From Candidatus Fermentithermobacillaceae bacterium (GTDB lineage: Bacteria; Bacillota; Sulfobacillia; Fermentithermobacillales; Fermentithermobacillaceae), in contig DUSI01000010.1 in NCBI GenBank assembly GCA_012842685.1, positions 23,988 to 87,987 of the forward strand: DNA of 64,000 bases. The letters run 5' to 3'. The notes beneath the pieces are model-generated. The model saw only the letters and a list, made by a program, of their open reading frames with translations, did no database searches and had not been told where the DNA came from. Positions 18,186-27,662 of the stretch are shown here, one piece after another. The position numbers were made by a program, and so were the translations under genes. Position 1 is the stretch's first letter, and every line of letters starts with the position of its first letter.

Positions 18186-19935
18186 GACGGTGCGGCGAAA
18201 GTGCAGGGACTGCTACAAGTGCCTGCGTGCGTGCCCGGTGAAAGCCATCAAGGTAGAGCGAGGCCCTCAGCCTTACGAAGTCCATGCCAGCGTGCATGAG
18301 GACTTCTGTGTAAACTGCGGCACGTGCATAAGGGAGTGCCCGCAGAAGGCGAAAAGGCCCCGGGTCGATACGGACAAAGTGAGGGAGATGCTGCGGAGGG
18401 GCGACCGCGTGGCCGCAAGCCTCGCTCCGTCTTTCGCCGCGCTCATCGACCGGCCCTTGCGTCTTGTCACCGCCCTCCGGAAAGCCGGCTTTTCCACGGT
18501 CCAGGAGACGGCCTTGGGTGCCGAGATGGTATCCAGGGCGCATATGAGGCTCCTGGAAGAATCGCAGGTGCCGTATATAGGGAGCGCGTGCCCCGCCGTG
18601 GTGAGCCTGATCGAGAGGCACTACCCTGAGGCCATAAGATTCCTCGCCCCTTTGGTCTCGCCGGCCATCGCCCACGGCAGGTACCTGAAACGCTCCATCC
18701 CTGGGGTCAAGGTGGTTTTCATAGGACCCTGCGTGGCCAAGAAAGAGGAGATAGACGATCCCGAGGTAAGGGGCGCGGTCGACGTAGCCCTCACCTTTGA
18801 CGAAACTCTGGCCTGGTTGAGAGAAGAGGGCATCAGACTCGAGGATTGCCGTGACGGCGAGCTGGACGGGCCCTTTCCCTCAAGGGCGCGACTCTTCCCC
18901 GCGGACGGGGGTCTCCTCCGGTCGACCGTGGACTGCGGCTTGCTCTCCAAGGCCTATCTTTCGGTGTCGGGAATGAGCGCGTCCATCGAGATGATCCGGC
19001 ATTTCCTGAGCAGCCAAGACGTGCCCCGCCTGGTGGAGCTCCTGGCGTGCCCGGGAGGGTGTATAGCGGGGCCTTCCGCAAGTCCCGAGAGAGACCTCTA
19101 TGAGAGGCGGAGGCTCCTCATCGAGTACGAGAGGTCGGCGCCCGAAAGCCCCGGCGCTGGTCCGGAGTTCTACGAAAGCCTCCTCTCGCCCGAGGAGCTG
19201 AGGAGGTCCTACAGAAACTTGAAGGTGCCTCTCGCGAAACCTTCCGAGAAGCAGATAAAGGAGATCCTCGAGCGTACGGGCAAGTACAGCCCACAGGACG
19301 AGCTGAACTGCGGATCGTGTGGGTATTCGTCGTGCAGGGAGAAGGCCATAGCGGTGTTCAACGGCATGGCCGACCCAGAGATGTGCATCCCGTACATGAG
19401 ACAGCGGGCGGAGTCCATGGCCAACGTAGTGGTGGGCGCCACTCCCGACGGTGTTATAGTCACCACCCCCGACGGGACGGTAGTCGACCTGAACGCGGCA
19501 GCCGAAAGGATGCTCGGTAAGAAAAAGAAAGAAGTCCTGGGCACGAGCATATCCGCACACATGGATGCCTCGCTCTTTGAGGAAAGCGCCCGGACGATGG
19601 CTACCTCACGGGGGGAGATGTCGCTGAACGGCCTCGTGATAGACGGCCAGGTGGTCTACGTGCCCGACCAGAAGCTCCTCGTGGGCCTTTTCATGGACAT
19701 AACCGAAGAGCGCAGGCAGACGGAAAAGAGGAAGCGGGTTGCCGAGGAGGCGATCGAACGGGCAAAGAAGGTCATCGAGGAGCAAATGGAAGTCGCCCAG
19801 AAGATCGCCGGCCTCCTTGGGGAGACCACGGCCGAGACCAAGATATCCCTCACCGCGCTTATGAACGTGATAAAGGAGGAAATGCCGTCAAGTGGCTCGT
19901 CTAAAGGCGGAAGTGGCGGTAGCCCAGCTCAATAA
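18172..19935 (+). CDS. sensory [FeFe]-hydrogenase-like protein with a C-terminal PAS domain (HfsB/HydS-like)
   Basis: N-terminal 2x[4Fe-4S] ferredoxin Cys motifs; H-cluster motifs GSACPAV (L1 variant), FIGPCVAKKEE (L2), ELLACPGGCIAG (L3); extra CGSCGYSSC...C cluster; PAS region GATPDGVIVTTPDGTVVDLNAAAERMLG. Confidence 0.85.
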   Translation: MSIIETVRRKCRDCYKCLRACPVKAIKVERGPQPYEVHASVHEDFCVNCGTCIRECPQKAKRPRVDTDKVREMLRRGDRVAASLAPSFAALIDRPLRLVTALRKAGFSTVQETALGAEMVSRAHMRLLEESQVPYIGSACPAVVSLIERHYPEAIRFLAPLVSPAIAHGRYLKRSIPGVKVVFIGPCVAKKEEIDDPEVRGAVDVALTFDETLAWLREEGIRLEDCRDGELDGPFPSRARLFPADGGLLRSTVDCGLLSKAYLSVSGMSASIEMIRHFLSSQDVPRLVELLACPGGCIAGPSASPERDLYERRRLLIEYERSAPESPGAGPEFYESLLSPEELRRSYRNLKVPLAKPSEKQIKEILERTGKYSPQDELNCGSCGYSSCREKAIAVFNGMADPEMCIPYMRQRAESMANVVVGATPDGVIVTTPDGTVVDLNAAAERMLGKKKKEVLGTSISAHMDASLFEESARTMATSRGEMSLNGLVIDGQVVYVPDQKLLVGLFMDITEERRQTEKRKRVAEEAIERAKKVIEEQMEVAQKIAGLLGETTAETKISLTALMNVIKEEMPSSGSSKGGSGGSPAQ

Positions 19936-21046
19936 GCACGGTGAAGAGCTCTGCGGCGACTGCGTGGAAGTGGTCGAAGGGTCGTCCACGCTGGTGGTCC
20001 TCTCTGACGGCCTGGGAAGCGGCGTCAAAGCCCACATACTGGCCTCCATGACCTGCAAGATGATAGCCACCATGCTGAGGGGCGGGCTTCATCTGGATGA
20101 AGTGGTTGACTCTCTCTCCAAGACTCTGCCCGTCTGCGAAGTCAGGCACCTCGCCTACAGCACCTTTTCCATCTTGCGCATCATGGCCGACGGATCGGCT
20201 TACCTGGCTGAATTCGACAACCCGGCGGTTTTCTGGGGTAGAGGCGACGAGCTCCTGTCCTTTGAGCGTGAAAGCCGGGATTACGCGGGGAAAATCGTCA
20301 AGGAAAGCCGGTTCACCGTCCAGGACGGCGACTGGCTGGTGATGATAAGCGACGGAGTCCTCCACGCAGGGATAGGCGGCGTCTGGAACCTTGGCTGGGG
20401 CTGGGACAGGATAGGCGACTACCTGCGGAGGGTATCCCCTTGGGAAGAAGACGCCAGGTCTCTGGCCAGCCAGCTGTTGGAAACCACGAGGAAGCTCTAC
20501 GCGGGGAAACCCGGCGACGACGCCACGGTGGTCGTGGTGAAGATACGGGTCCCGAGGAAGCTCACGGTGCTGGCAGGCCCGCCTGAGAAGAGGGCCGACG
20601 ATGCCCATGTGGTGCGGCTCCTCATGGAGAGCCCGGGAAAGAAGGTCGTCTGCGGCGGCACCACCAGCCTCATGGTCGGCAGGGAGCTGGGTAGGAGGGT
20701 GGAGGTGGAGCTGGGCTCCATAAGGGATTCGACGCCTCCCACAGGCCGTATCGAAGGCATTGACCTCGTAACCGAAGGGATACTTACCCTTACAAAGGCC
20801 GCGGATATACTCAGAGACGGGACCCCTCCAAGACACGTGCTTCGTTACAAGACCGATGGCCCCAGCAGGCTCGTGAGTCTCCTCGCGGAAGCCGACGAGA
20901 TAAGCTTCATAGTCGGCAGGGCGATAAACCCCGCCCACCAGAGCCCAGACCTTCCTTCCGAACTCGCCCTCAAGAGCAAGGTAGTAGAGGACCTTGCCCG
21001 GATCTTGCGCTCCCACGGAAAGCAAGTGACGGTTGCCACTTACTGA
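19892..21046 (+). CDS. PP2C/SpoIIE-type serine phosphatase (HfsC-like)
   Basis: VVLSDGLGSG and MISDGV metal-binding motifs; GTG start preceded by AGGAGGA; overlaps the hydrogenase end by 44 nt (translationally coupled). Confidence 0.85.
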   Translation: MARLKAEVAVAQLNKHGEELCGDCVEVVEGSSTLVVLSDGLGSGVKAHILASMTCKMIATMLRGGLHLDEVVDSLSKTLPVCEVRHLAYSTFSILRIMADGSAYLAEFDNPAVFWGRGDELLSFERESRDYAGKIVKESRFTVQDGDWLVMISDGVLHAGIGGVWNLGWGWDRIGDYLRRVSPWEEDARSLASQLLETTRKLYAGKPGDDATVVVVKIRVPRKLTVLAGPPEKRADDAHVVRLLMESPGKKVVCGGTTSLMVGRELGRRVEVELGSIRDSTPPTGRIEGIDLVTEGILTLTKAADILRDGTPPRHVLRYKTDGPSRLVSLLAEADEISFIVGRAINPAHQSPDLPSELALKSKVVEDLARILRSHGKQVTVATY

Positions 21047-21204
21047 AAGGCCGTGAGCTTTACGTTAACCCGCTCTCCTTTTCACTTATCCGCAGTACCG
21101 CCGTATCTTCGGGAGGATTCCCGGAGATGGTTTGTTGAATGCTGACTTAGAGACTCTATAAAGCACCGCCTTGCGCGGAGGTGCTTCTGAGAGGGGCGAA
21201 AAGC

Positions 21205-22380
21205 GTGAGGTACGATTTCGACAAAGTCGTCGAACGGAGAAACACAAACAGCACCAAATGGGACAGCGTGGCGGCCCTTTTCGGGTCGGAAGACGTCCTG
21301 CCCTTGTGGGTTGCGGACATGGACTTCCGGATCCCCCAGCCCATCATCGACGCGATTTCGGAGAGGATAAAGCACCCGGTGTTTGGGTACACAAGGGTGA
21401 GCTCGAGCACCATCGACGCGGTGCTCGAGAGGCTGGAGACGAAATATGGCTGGAAAGTCTCCCCTGAGGCCGTGATCGTCACTCCGGGAGTGGTTCCCGC
21501 TGTAAACGCCGCTGTAAAGGCCTACGCCGGTGAGGGTGGCGCGGTGGTCGTCCAGAGCCCTGCCTATCCACCGTTCTGGGCGACCGGGCCAAACAACAAA
21601 GTGAGGACGGTGACGAACCTCCTGAGGCTCGAGGGCGGGAGGTACGAGATGGATTTCGATGCCCTCGAGAGGGCTTTCGCAGAATCGGGAGCCAAAGCCA
21701 TGATCCTGTGCAGCCCCCACAACCCCGTCGGGCGGGTGTGGACGCGGGAAGAGCTCGTGAAACTAGGAGAGATCGCCCTCAAAGCGGGCGCAGTCGTGAT
21801 ATCCGACGAGATACACTGCGAGCTCATCTATAAGGGCTTCAAGCACGTACCGTTTGCATCCATAAGCCCCGAGTTCGCGGCCAACTCCGTAACGTGTTTC
21901 TCGCCTTCCAAGACGTTCAACATACCAGGGATGCACTGCTCGGTGGCCATCATCCCCGACGAAGAGCTCAGAAAACGCTTTAACGAGGCAAGATCGGGGA
22001 TCCAGGGCAGCCCCGACTTCCTCGCCGTGATCGCTATGGAAGCAGCCTTCAGGTACGGGGACGAGTGGCTCGAGCAGGTAATGGACTACATCGAGGGCAA
22101 CCTCGAGTTCCTGATTAAGTACATGGAAGAACGCATTCCGGCCATAAAGCCCATACGGCCCGAGGGAACCTACCTCGTGTGGCTGGACTGCAGGGGACTG
22201 GGTATTGACGATCCCAAGGAACTTCAGAGATTCTTTAGTGAAAAGGCTAAAGTAGGCATGAACGCGGGATATACCTTCGGTCCAGGCGGCGAAGGGTTCA
22301 TGAGGATGAACATAGCCTGTGCCAGGTCCATCTTGGAGGAAGCCCTTAAGCGGATTGAAGAAGCCGTAAAGCTTCTTTGA
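21205..22380 (+). CDS. MalY/PatB-family PLP-dependent C-S lyase (class I/II aminotransferase fold)
   Basis: N-terminus VRYDFDKVVERRNTNSTKWD, SPSKTFN PLP-lysine; GAGGGG RBS 8 nt before the GTG at 21205. Confidence 0.85.
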   Translation: MRYDFDKVVERRNTNSTKWDSVAALFGSEDVLPLWVADMDFRIPQPIIDAISERIKHPVFGYTRVSSSTIDAVLERLETKYGWKVSPEAVIVTPGVVPAVNAAVKAYAGEGGAVVVQSPAYPPFWATGPNNKVRTVTNLLRLEGGRYEMDFDALERAFAESGAKAMILCSPHNPVGRVWTREELVKLGEIALKAGAVVISDEIHCELIYKGFKHVPFASISPEFAANSVTCFSPSKTFNIPGMHCSVAIIPDEELRKRFNEARSGIQGSPDFLAVIAMEAAFRYGDEWLEQVMDYIEGNLEFLIKYMEERIPAIKPIRPEGTYLVWLDCRGLGIDDPKELQRFFSEKAKVGMNAGYTFGPGGEGFMRMNIACARSILEEALKRIEEAVKLL

Positions 22381-22417
22381 GGATATACTGTTTCCAAAAT
22401 GAACGGAGGCGATAGGT

Positions 22418-23830
22418 GTGCATCCCCTTTACCTCTTCAACACTCTGACTCGGAAAAAAGAGGAGTTCTCGCCACTTGAGCCGGGCAAGGTGGGGATGTA
22501 CACCTGTGGCCCTACCGTCTACCAGTACGCGACCATAGGCAACATGAGGTCTTATGTCTTCGCGGATATCTTGCGCAGGGTCCTTGAGTACAACGGGTAT
22601 TCGGTCAAGATGGTCATGAACATAACCGACGTAGGACACCTCGTTTCCGACGCCGACGAGGGCGAAGACAAGATGCTCGTTGCCGTGGGGCGGGAGAAGA
22701 AGACCCCTTGGGAAATAGCCAAGTTCTACACCGACGCGTTCATGAGAGACACGGCGCGCCTCAACATACTCCGGCCGAGCGTGGTGTGCTACGCGACGGA
22801 ACACATCGAAGAGATGCTCGAGATGGTGGTGGACCTCGTCGAGAAGGGGTACGGCTACGAGACAAGCGACGGCATCTACTTCGATATCTCCAAGTTCCCG
22901 TCGTACGGGCAGCTTTCCGGGATAAAGCTCGAGGAACAGCTCGCGGGGGCCCGGGTGGAGCAAAACCCCGAAAAGAGGCACCCCGCCGACTTCGCCCTCT
23001 GGAAGAAGGCCCCCAAGGAGCACATTATGCAGTGGCCCAGCCCGTGGGGGATGGGTTACCCCGGCTGGCACATCGAGTGCTCGGCGATGTCCAGGAAATA
23101 TCTGGGTGACCAGTTCGATATCCATACCGGCGGAGTCGACCATATCCCCACCCACCACGAGAACGAGATCGCCCAGTCCCAGTGCGTGACCGGGAAGATC
23201 CCCGCGAGGTTCTGGATGCACGGGGAGTTCCTGCTGGTGGACGGAGGCAAGATGTCGAAGAGCCTCGGCAATACGTATACCCTGGACGACCTTATAGCCA
23301 GGGGATTTGAGCCTCTGGCCTTCAGGTACTTCTGCTTCTCGGCCCACTACCGGAGCCATCTGAACTTCACGTGGTCTGCCCTTGAGAGCGCGCAGAAAGG
23401 GCTCCGCTCCCTGCGTGCAGCCGTGCAGAAGGCGGCCAGGGAAGGCGAAAAGCCCGGGGCGGAAGAGAAGGTCGAAGCCTTCAGGCAGGCATTCCTTGAG
23501 GCCATAAACGACGACCTCAATATGCCCAGGGCAGTGTCGGTATTGTGGGAAGCCGCGAAGGCGGATCTGGGGAGAGGCCTCGCGGACCTAGCCGGGGATT
23601 TCGAGAGGGTTTTTGCCCTCGACCTGCTCACGGGACCCGCCGCCGATGACAGGCCGCTGGATATATCCGAACTCCCGCAGGAGGTCGTGGAGATCCTCGA
23701 GGAGAGGAAGCTCGCGAGACAAGCCAAAGACTGGGCCAAGGCGGACCTCCTCAGGGAGAAGCTCCGGGAGATGGGCTACCAGGTGAAGGACCTTAAAGAC
23801 GGCTATGAGGTGACTAGGATCCCCCGCTAG
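22418..23830 (+). CDS. cysS: cysteinyl-tRNA synthetase
   Basis: CGPTVYQYATIGN HIGH region and KMSKSLGN; GTG start 8 nt after GGAGG. Confidence 0.95.
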   Translation: MHPLYLFNTLTRKKEEFSPLEPGKVGMYTCGPTVYQYATIGNMRSYVFADILRRVLEYNGYSVKMVMNITDVGHLVSDADEGEDKMLVAVGREKKTPWEIAKFYTDAFMRDTARLNILRPSVVCYATEHIEEMLEMVVDLVEKGYGYETSDGIYFDISKFPSYGQLSGIKLEEQLAGARVEQNPEKRHPADFALWKKAPKEHIMQWPSPWGMGYPGWHIECSAMSRKYLGDQFDIHTGGVDHIPTHHENEIAQSQCVTGKIPARFWMHGEFLLVDGGKMSKSLGNTYTLDDLIARGFEPLAFRYFCFSAHYRSHLNFTWSALESAQKGLRSLRAAVQKAAREGEKPGAEEKVEAFRQAFLEAINDDLNMPRAVSVLWEAAKADLGRGLADLAGDFERVFALDLLTGPAADDRPLDISELPQEVVEILEERKLARQAKDWAKADLLREKLREMGYQVKDLKDGYEVTRIPR

Positions 23831-23873
23831 AGTTAAAATGGGACGATCTTAGAGCACGGAGGTCCTTCCAAGG

Positions 23874-24899
23874 ATGAAGATAGGTATCGTCGGCCAGCCG
23901 CAGTCTGGCAAGACCACGCTCATGCAGCTCTTAACCCAAGCCAAGGGCGTGGCTCCCCAGAAAGGGGCCGTATCCTCGGTCGGCGTTATGGAAGTGCCCG
24001 ACGAAAGGGTGGAGTGGTTAAGCCGCCTCTTTAGGCCTCGTAAGACGACCTTTGCCCGGATGGACGTACAGGACATCCAGCCGTACAAGGGACAAGAGTT
24101 CCTGAACGCCGTGAGGAACCTGGACGCTCTCATTGCGGTCATTCCAGTGTTCAAAGACGGAGGGGCGGCTGTGGCTTTTCTCGACGACATAGAGACGGAG
24201 TTCTTCGTCTCCGACCTGGCCTCGGTGGAAGGGAGGCTTGAGAGGATCCAGGCAAATAAGGCCAAACCCGTCTCGATGGCCGAGATCCCGTTCCTCGAGA
24301 AGTGCAGGGAGGCCCTGGATAGGGGCATACCCCTCTCAAAGGTCGCCTTTGAGCCCCACGAAGGAGACTTCGTCACCAATTTTGCTTTCTACACGAGGAA
24401 GCCCATAGTGCTTGCGGTCAACGTCTCTGAGGAGTCTCTGATCGCCAAGAGCTACCCCGGAGAGGACGCGGTCAGAGACAAGGCTTCTCTCATGGGATAT
24501 CCTGTCGTGGTTTTCTCCGGCGAGGTCGAGACGGAGATCGCGGCTCTTCCAGACGAGGACCGGGAGGCGTTTCTCCACGAGTATGGCCTTTCAGAGCCCG
24601 GGGTGGAGCGCATAGCCAGGGCGTGCTATGAGCACCTTGGCCTCATATCCTTCTTCACCGTGGGCGAAGACGAGGTGAGGGCTTGGACCATCTCCAGGGG
24701 GACCGTGGCGCGGGACGCGGCCGGCAAGATCCACACCGACATGAAAAAGGGGTTTATCCGGGCAGAAGTCATGGCCTTCGACGACCTCCGGACCTGCGGG
24801 TCGGTGAAAGCATGCAGGGATAAGGGGCTCGTGCGCCTGGAAGGGAAAGACTACGTGGTAAAGGACGGAGATATCCTCACCATACGGTTCAACGTGTGA
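23874..24899 (+). CDS. ychF: YchF/OLA1-family ribosome-binding ATPase with an atypical G1 motif
   Basis: C-terminal TGS domain, near-identical pattern to E. coli YchF (AAGKIHTDMKKGFIRAEV...EGKDYVVKDGDIL); G1 is GQPQSGKTT rather than GLPNVGKST. Confidence 0.8.
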   Translation: MKIGIVGQPQSGKTTLMQLLTQAKGVAPQKGAVSSVGVMEVPDERVEWLSRLFRPRKTTFARMDVQDIQPYKGQEFLNAVRNLDALIAVIPVFKDGGAAVAFLDDIETEFFVSDLASVEGRLERIQANKAKPVSMAEIPFLEKCREALDRGIPLSKVAFEPHEGDFVTNFAFYTRKPIVLAVNVSEESLIAKSYPGEDAVRDKASLMGYPVVVFSGEVETEIAALPDEDREAFLHEYGLSEPGVERIARACYEHLGLISFFTVGEDEVRAWTISRGTVARDAAGKIHTDMKKGFIRAEVMAFDDLRTCGSVKACRDKGLVRLEGKDYVVKDGDILTIRFNV

Positions 24900-24920
24900 C
24901 CGGTAGGTAAGTAGAAGAAA

Positions 24921-25961
24921 CTACACCGTGCACGCCCGGTTTTTGCCGAGTTTCTTGGCCCGGGCGTTTGCCTTTTCCAGTTTCGCTATAAGCGTCTCAA
25001 GGTCGGTTCCGTCCTCGGGGGCGCTCACGACTCCGACCGATATGGTTACAGGGTATACCCACTGGGTCGTCTGGGCTTCGACTCTCCGGCAGATCCTTTC
25101 GGCGCGCTCCATGGCTTCCTCTTTCCCTACGCCGGGGAGTACTATCATGAACTCATCCCCGGAAAGCCAGCGTGCCACCAGCTCACCCGGAGAAGTCTCC
25201 GCCGCTATGATGTTTCCTAGGCGCCTTATCATCTCGTTGCCCGCCTCATAGCCCAAGTTGTCGTTGTAGACCTTGAGGTTGTCTCCGTCCGCGAACAGAA
25301 GGCCCAAAGGCCCCTCGGTGTCCATGCGTTTGGCAAGGTAGTCCCCGATGAGGTGGCGCGCCGCCCGCTGGTTGGGAAGGCCCGAGATATCGTCCGTATA
25401 GGCCATCTTTCGGCTTGTCTTGAGGAGCTCTATCGTTTCCCGTATCCTCTCCACCAGCACGCGGGTAAGCCTCTTCATCTGGGTGCCTCTGGCGCCTGCT
25501 TGAGAGGTCAGAGCGTCGATGAGGAGAGGCCATACGTCCAGAAACGCCTCTTCAAGGTCCTTGTTCACGCAGGAGCAAGACACCACCGTGTGGCGCACCT
25601 TGGAGAGGATGCCTTTTTCGCGCAAATACTCTATGAGTTCATCGGCCTGAGTGAGCCCCGGCAGGAGCACGCAAAACTCGTCGCCGCCGAGACGGTAGAC
25701 CCGGCTCCCTTCGATATTCAGTTCCGCAGTAGCCCTGACCAAGGCTTCGGCGACTTCCTTGATCAACCGGTCCCCTTCCGGTCGGCCGAATTCGCGGTTT
25801 ATGTAGTCGAGCCTCTTAAGGTCGAATCCGGCGATGGCTAACCTGTCTGACTTGGGCGGACCCTGAAGGTCCGTAATCAGCGCCAGGAGGTTTGGGAGAC
25901 CGGTCAGAGGGTCTTCGCCTACGGCAGGCCAGATCCTGCTCATTCGAGGCGCATCGATCAA
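24921..25961 (-). CDS. tandem GGDEF-domain protein (N-terminal degenerate-looking, C-terminal SGDEF)
   Basis: RLGGDEFCVLLPG and WLSGDEFMIVLPG. Confidence 0.8.
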   Translation of the reverse strand: MIDAPRMSRIWPAVGEDPLTGLPNLLALITDLQGPPKSDRLAIAGFDLKRLDYINREFGRPEGDRLIKEVAEALVRATAELNIEGSRVYRLGGDEFCVLLPGLTQADELIEYLREKGILSKVRHTVVSCSCVNKDLEEAFLDVWPLLIDALTSQAGARGTQMKRLTRVLVERIRETIELLKTSRKMAYTDDISGLPNQRAARHLIGDYLAKRMDTEGPLGLLFADGDNLKVYNDNLGYEAGNEMIRRLGNIIAAETSPGELVARWLSGDEFMIVLPGVGKEEAMERAERICRRVEAQTTQWVYPVTISVGVVSAPEDGTDLETLIAKLEKANARAKKLGKNRACTV

Positions 25962-26056
25962 TCAAACCACCCTAGGGACTATCCAAATCACCTTCGGAGC
26001 ATACACAAAGTCCTATTTTCGAGGCGGGCCAAAGGAATCCTCTTTTGTGCTCCCGA

Positions 26057-26887
26057 ATGGTAAACTCGTCTAAAGCGTGCTTTTCGAGGCCGGTGAAGAC
26101 CTTGTACATAGCATCTCTTTCCAGTTCGTCAACGTGCGGCAACGCCTATTTGGTATGGGGGAATTCGGCCCGGCCCGTGCTAATTGACTGCGGGTTATCA
26201 GTAAGGCGCCTTACTTTGGCTCTCAAGGAGTTCGGGATGGAGCCAAGAGACCTCGCGGGCCTGTTCATAACCCACGAACACACGGATCACGTAAAGGCCA
26301 TGTGCCTCGTGACCCCTTTTGCCCAGAAGTTCAATGTACCCGTGTACGCTTCTCGCGGGTTTTGGAGATGGTATTCCGCCTATTCCTCGCGCCTCGATAA
26401 GGACCTGGTTAAAGTAATAGCCTCGGGCGAGGAAGTGGACTTCTCCGGGGTCCGGGTGAAGGCTTTCGCCAAGCCCCACGACGCTCTGGAGCCTCTCGGG
26501 TTCGTAGTGGAGATAAGCGGCGAGAGAGCAGGGTTTGCAATGGACCTCGGGCACGTGACGGCTGAGGTCAAACGCAACCTGAGAGGCCTCGAGCACCTAA
26601 TCATCGAGTCCAATCACGACGTGGAGATGGAGAAAAACTCTGGTAGGCCCCGGCATCTCATAGAGAGGGTACTGGGAAAGCTTGGCCACCTCTCCAACGA
26701 GCAGGCCGCCGAAGCCCTGTGCGAACTGGTCACGGCCGGTACCAGGCAAGTTATCCTGGCTCACCTCAGTACAGAATGCAATACTCCCGAGAAGGCCCGC
26801 TCTCTGGCAGTCGAGAGGCTTGCGGAGGCCGGCTGGGAAGTCCCCGTACGGGTGGCCCCTTACGGGGAGGTCGCCGTCTATAGCTGA
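26057..26887 (+). CDS. MBL-fold metallo-hydrolase
   Basis: HEHTDH (HxHxDH) zinc motif; start ambiguous (ATG 26057 or GTG 26093). Confidence 0.8.
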   Translation: MVNSSKACFSRPVKTLYIASLSSSSTCGNAYLVWGNSARPVLIDCGLSVRRLTLALKEFGMEPRDLAGLFITHEHTDHVKAMCLVTPFAQKFNVPVYASRGFWRWYSAYSSRLDKDLVKVIASGEEVDFSGVRVKAFAKPHDALEPLGFVVEISGERAGFAMDLGHVTAEVKRNLRGLEHLIIESNHDVEMEKNSGRPRHLIERVLGKLGHLSNEQAAEALCELVTAGTRQVILAHLSTECNTPEKARSLAVERLAEAGWEVPVRVAPYGEVAVYS

Positions 26888-26963
26888 GACCTGACCGGAG
26901 AACAAGCAGCGTGAGTCTCATAAGATGGTCTCAAGAAAGTCCCCGCGGCCGCTTTCATTTTGA

Positions 26964-26992
26964 TTGACAGAGGGGGGGGTTCATCCTAGAAT
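26964..26992 (+). promoter_or_regulatory. sigma-A promoter TTGACA-N17-TAGAAT upstream of speH
   Basis: perfect -35, 17-nt spacer, 5/6 -10; ~90 nt upstream of the speH ATG. Confidence 0.5.
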
Positions 26993-27079
26993 TTGTTTGG
27001 TTCGTCTTTTGGGTGACGAACTATATCCTCCGTGCATGGGGAGGGTGTTCATTACCTGAAAGGGGGCTGGGAGTTGAAA

Positions 27080-27457
27080 ATGCAGGCATTGGGGCGGCAC
27101 ATTCTGGCTGAGATCTACGGGTGCGAATTCAGCATACTGAACGATCTCGACAAAATCCGGGAGGTCTTGGTCAGAGCGGCTATCTCCGCAGGAGCCGAAG
27201 TCAGAGAGACTGCCTTTCACAGATTTTCGCCCCAAGGAGTAAGCGGTGTTGTAGTGATATCCGAATCCCACCTATCCATCCATACGTGGCCGGAACTCGG
27301 ATACGCGGCTCTTGACGTGTTCACTTGCGGCGAAAAAGTCGATCCCTGGGTTGCGTTGGAGGAAGCCAAGAAGGGATTCAAGGCGACGTCGGTGAAGGCC
27401 AGCGAGTTCAAGAGAGGGGTTTTCGAGGATCTCGAAACCCAGTGCGCAAGTTCTTGA
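27080..27457 (+). CDS. speH: S-adenosylmethionine decarboxylase proenzyme (class 1B, pyruvoyl-dependent)
   Basis: ISESHLSIHTWPE self-processing site; ~125 aa; RBS GGGAG 6 nt before the ATG at 27080. Confidence 0.9.
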   Translation: MQALGRHILAEIYGCEFSILNDLDKIREVLVRAAISAGAEVRETAFHRFSPQGVSGVVVISESHLSIHTWPELGYAALDVFTCGEKVDPWVALEEAKKGFKATSVKASEFKRGVFEDLETQCASS

Positions 27458-27662
27458 CAGAAGAAAGGTGATTGTTATTTTAGCGAGAAGCGACAAAGAC
27501 GACGAGGATGACACAGTGAACGAATAGGCCCTGGCGCAAGGAAGGCGCGAGGGTCTGTTCATTTGCCGTGTCGAAAAAGGTTTTGAAGTATACAGGTAGT
27601 ATGTGATAGAACTATCAATCGCTGATTCAATACACACCATACAAAGCAAGGGAGGCAGTCAG

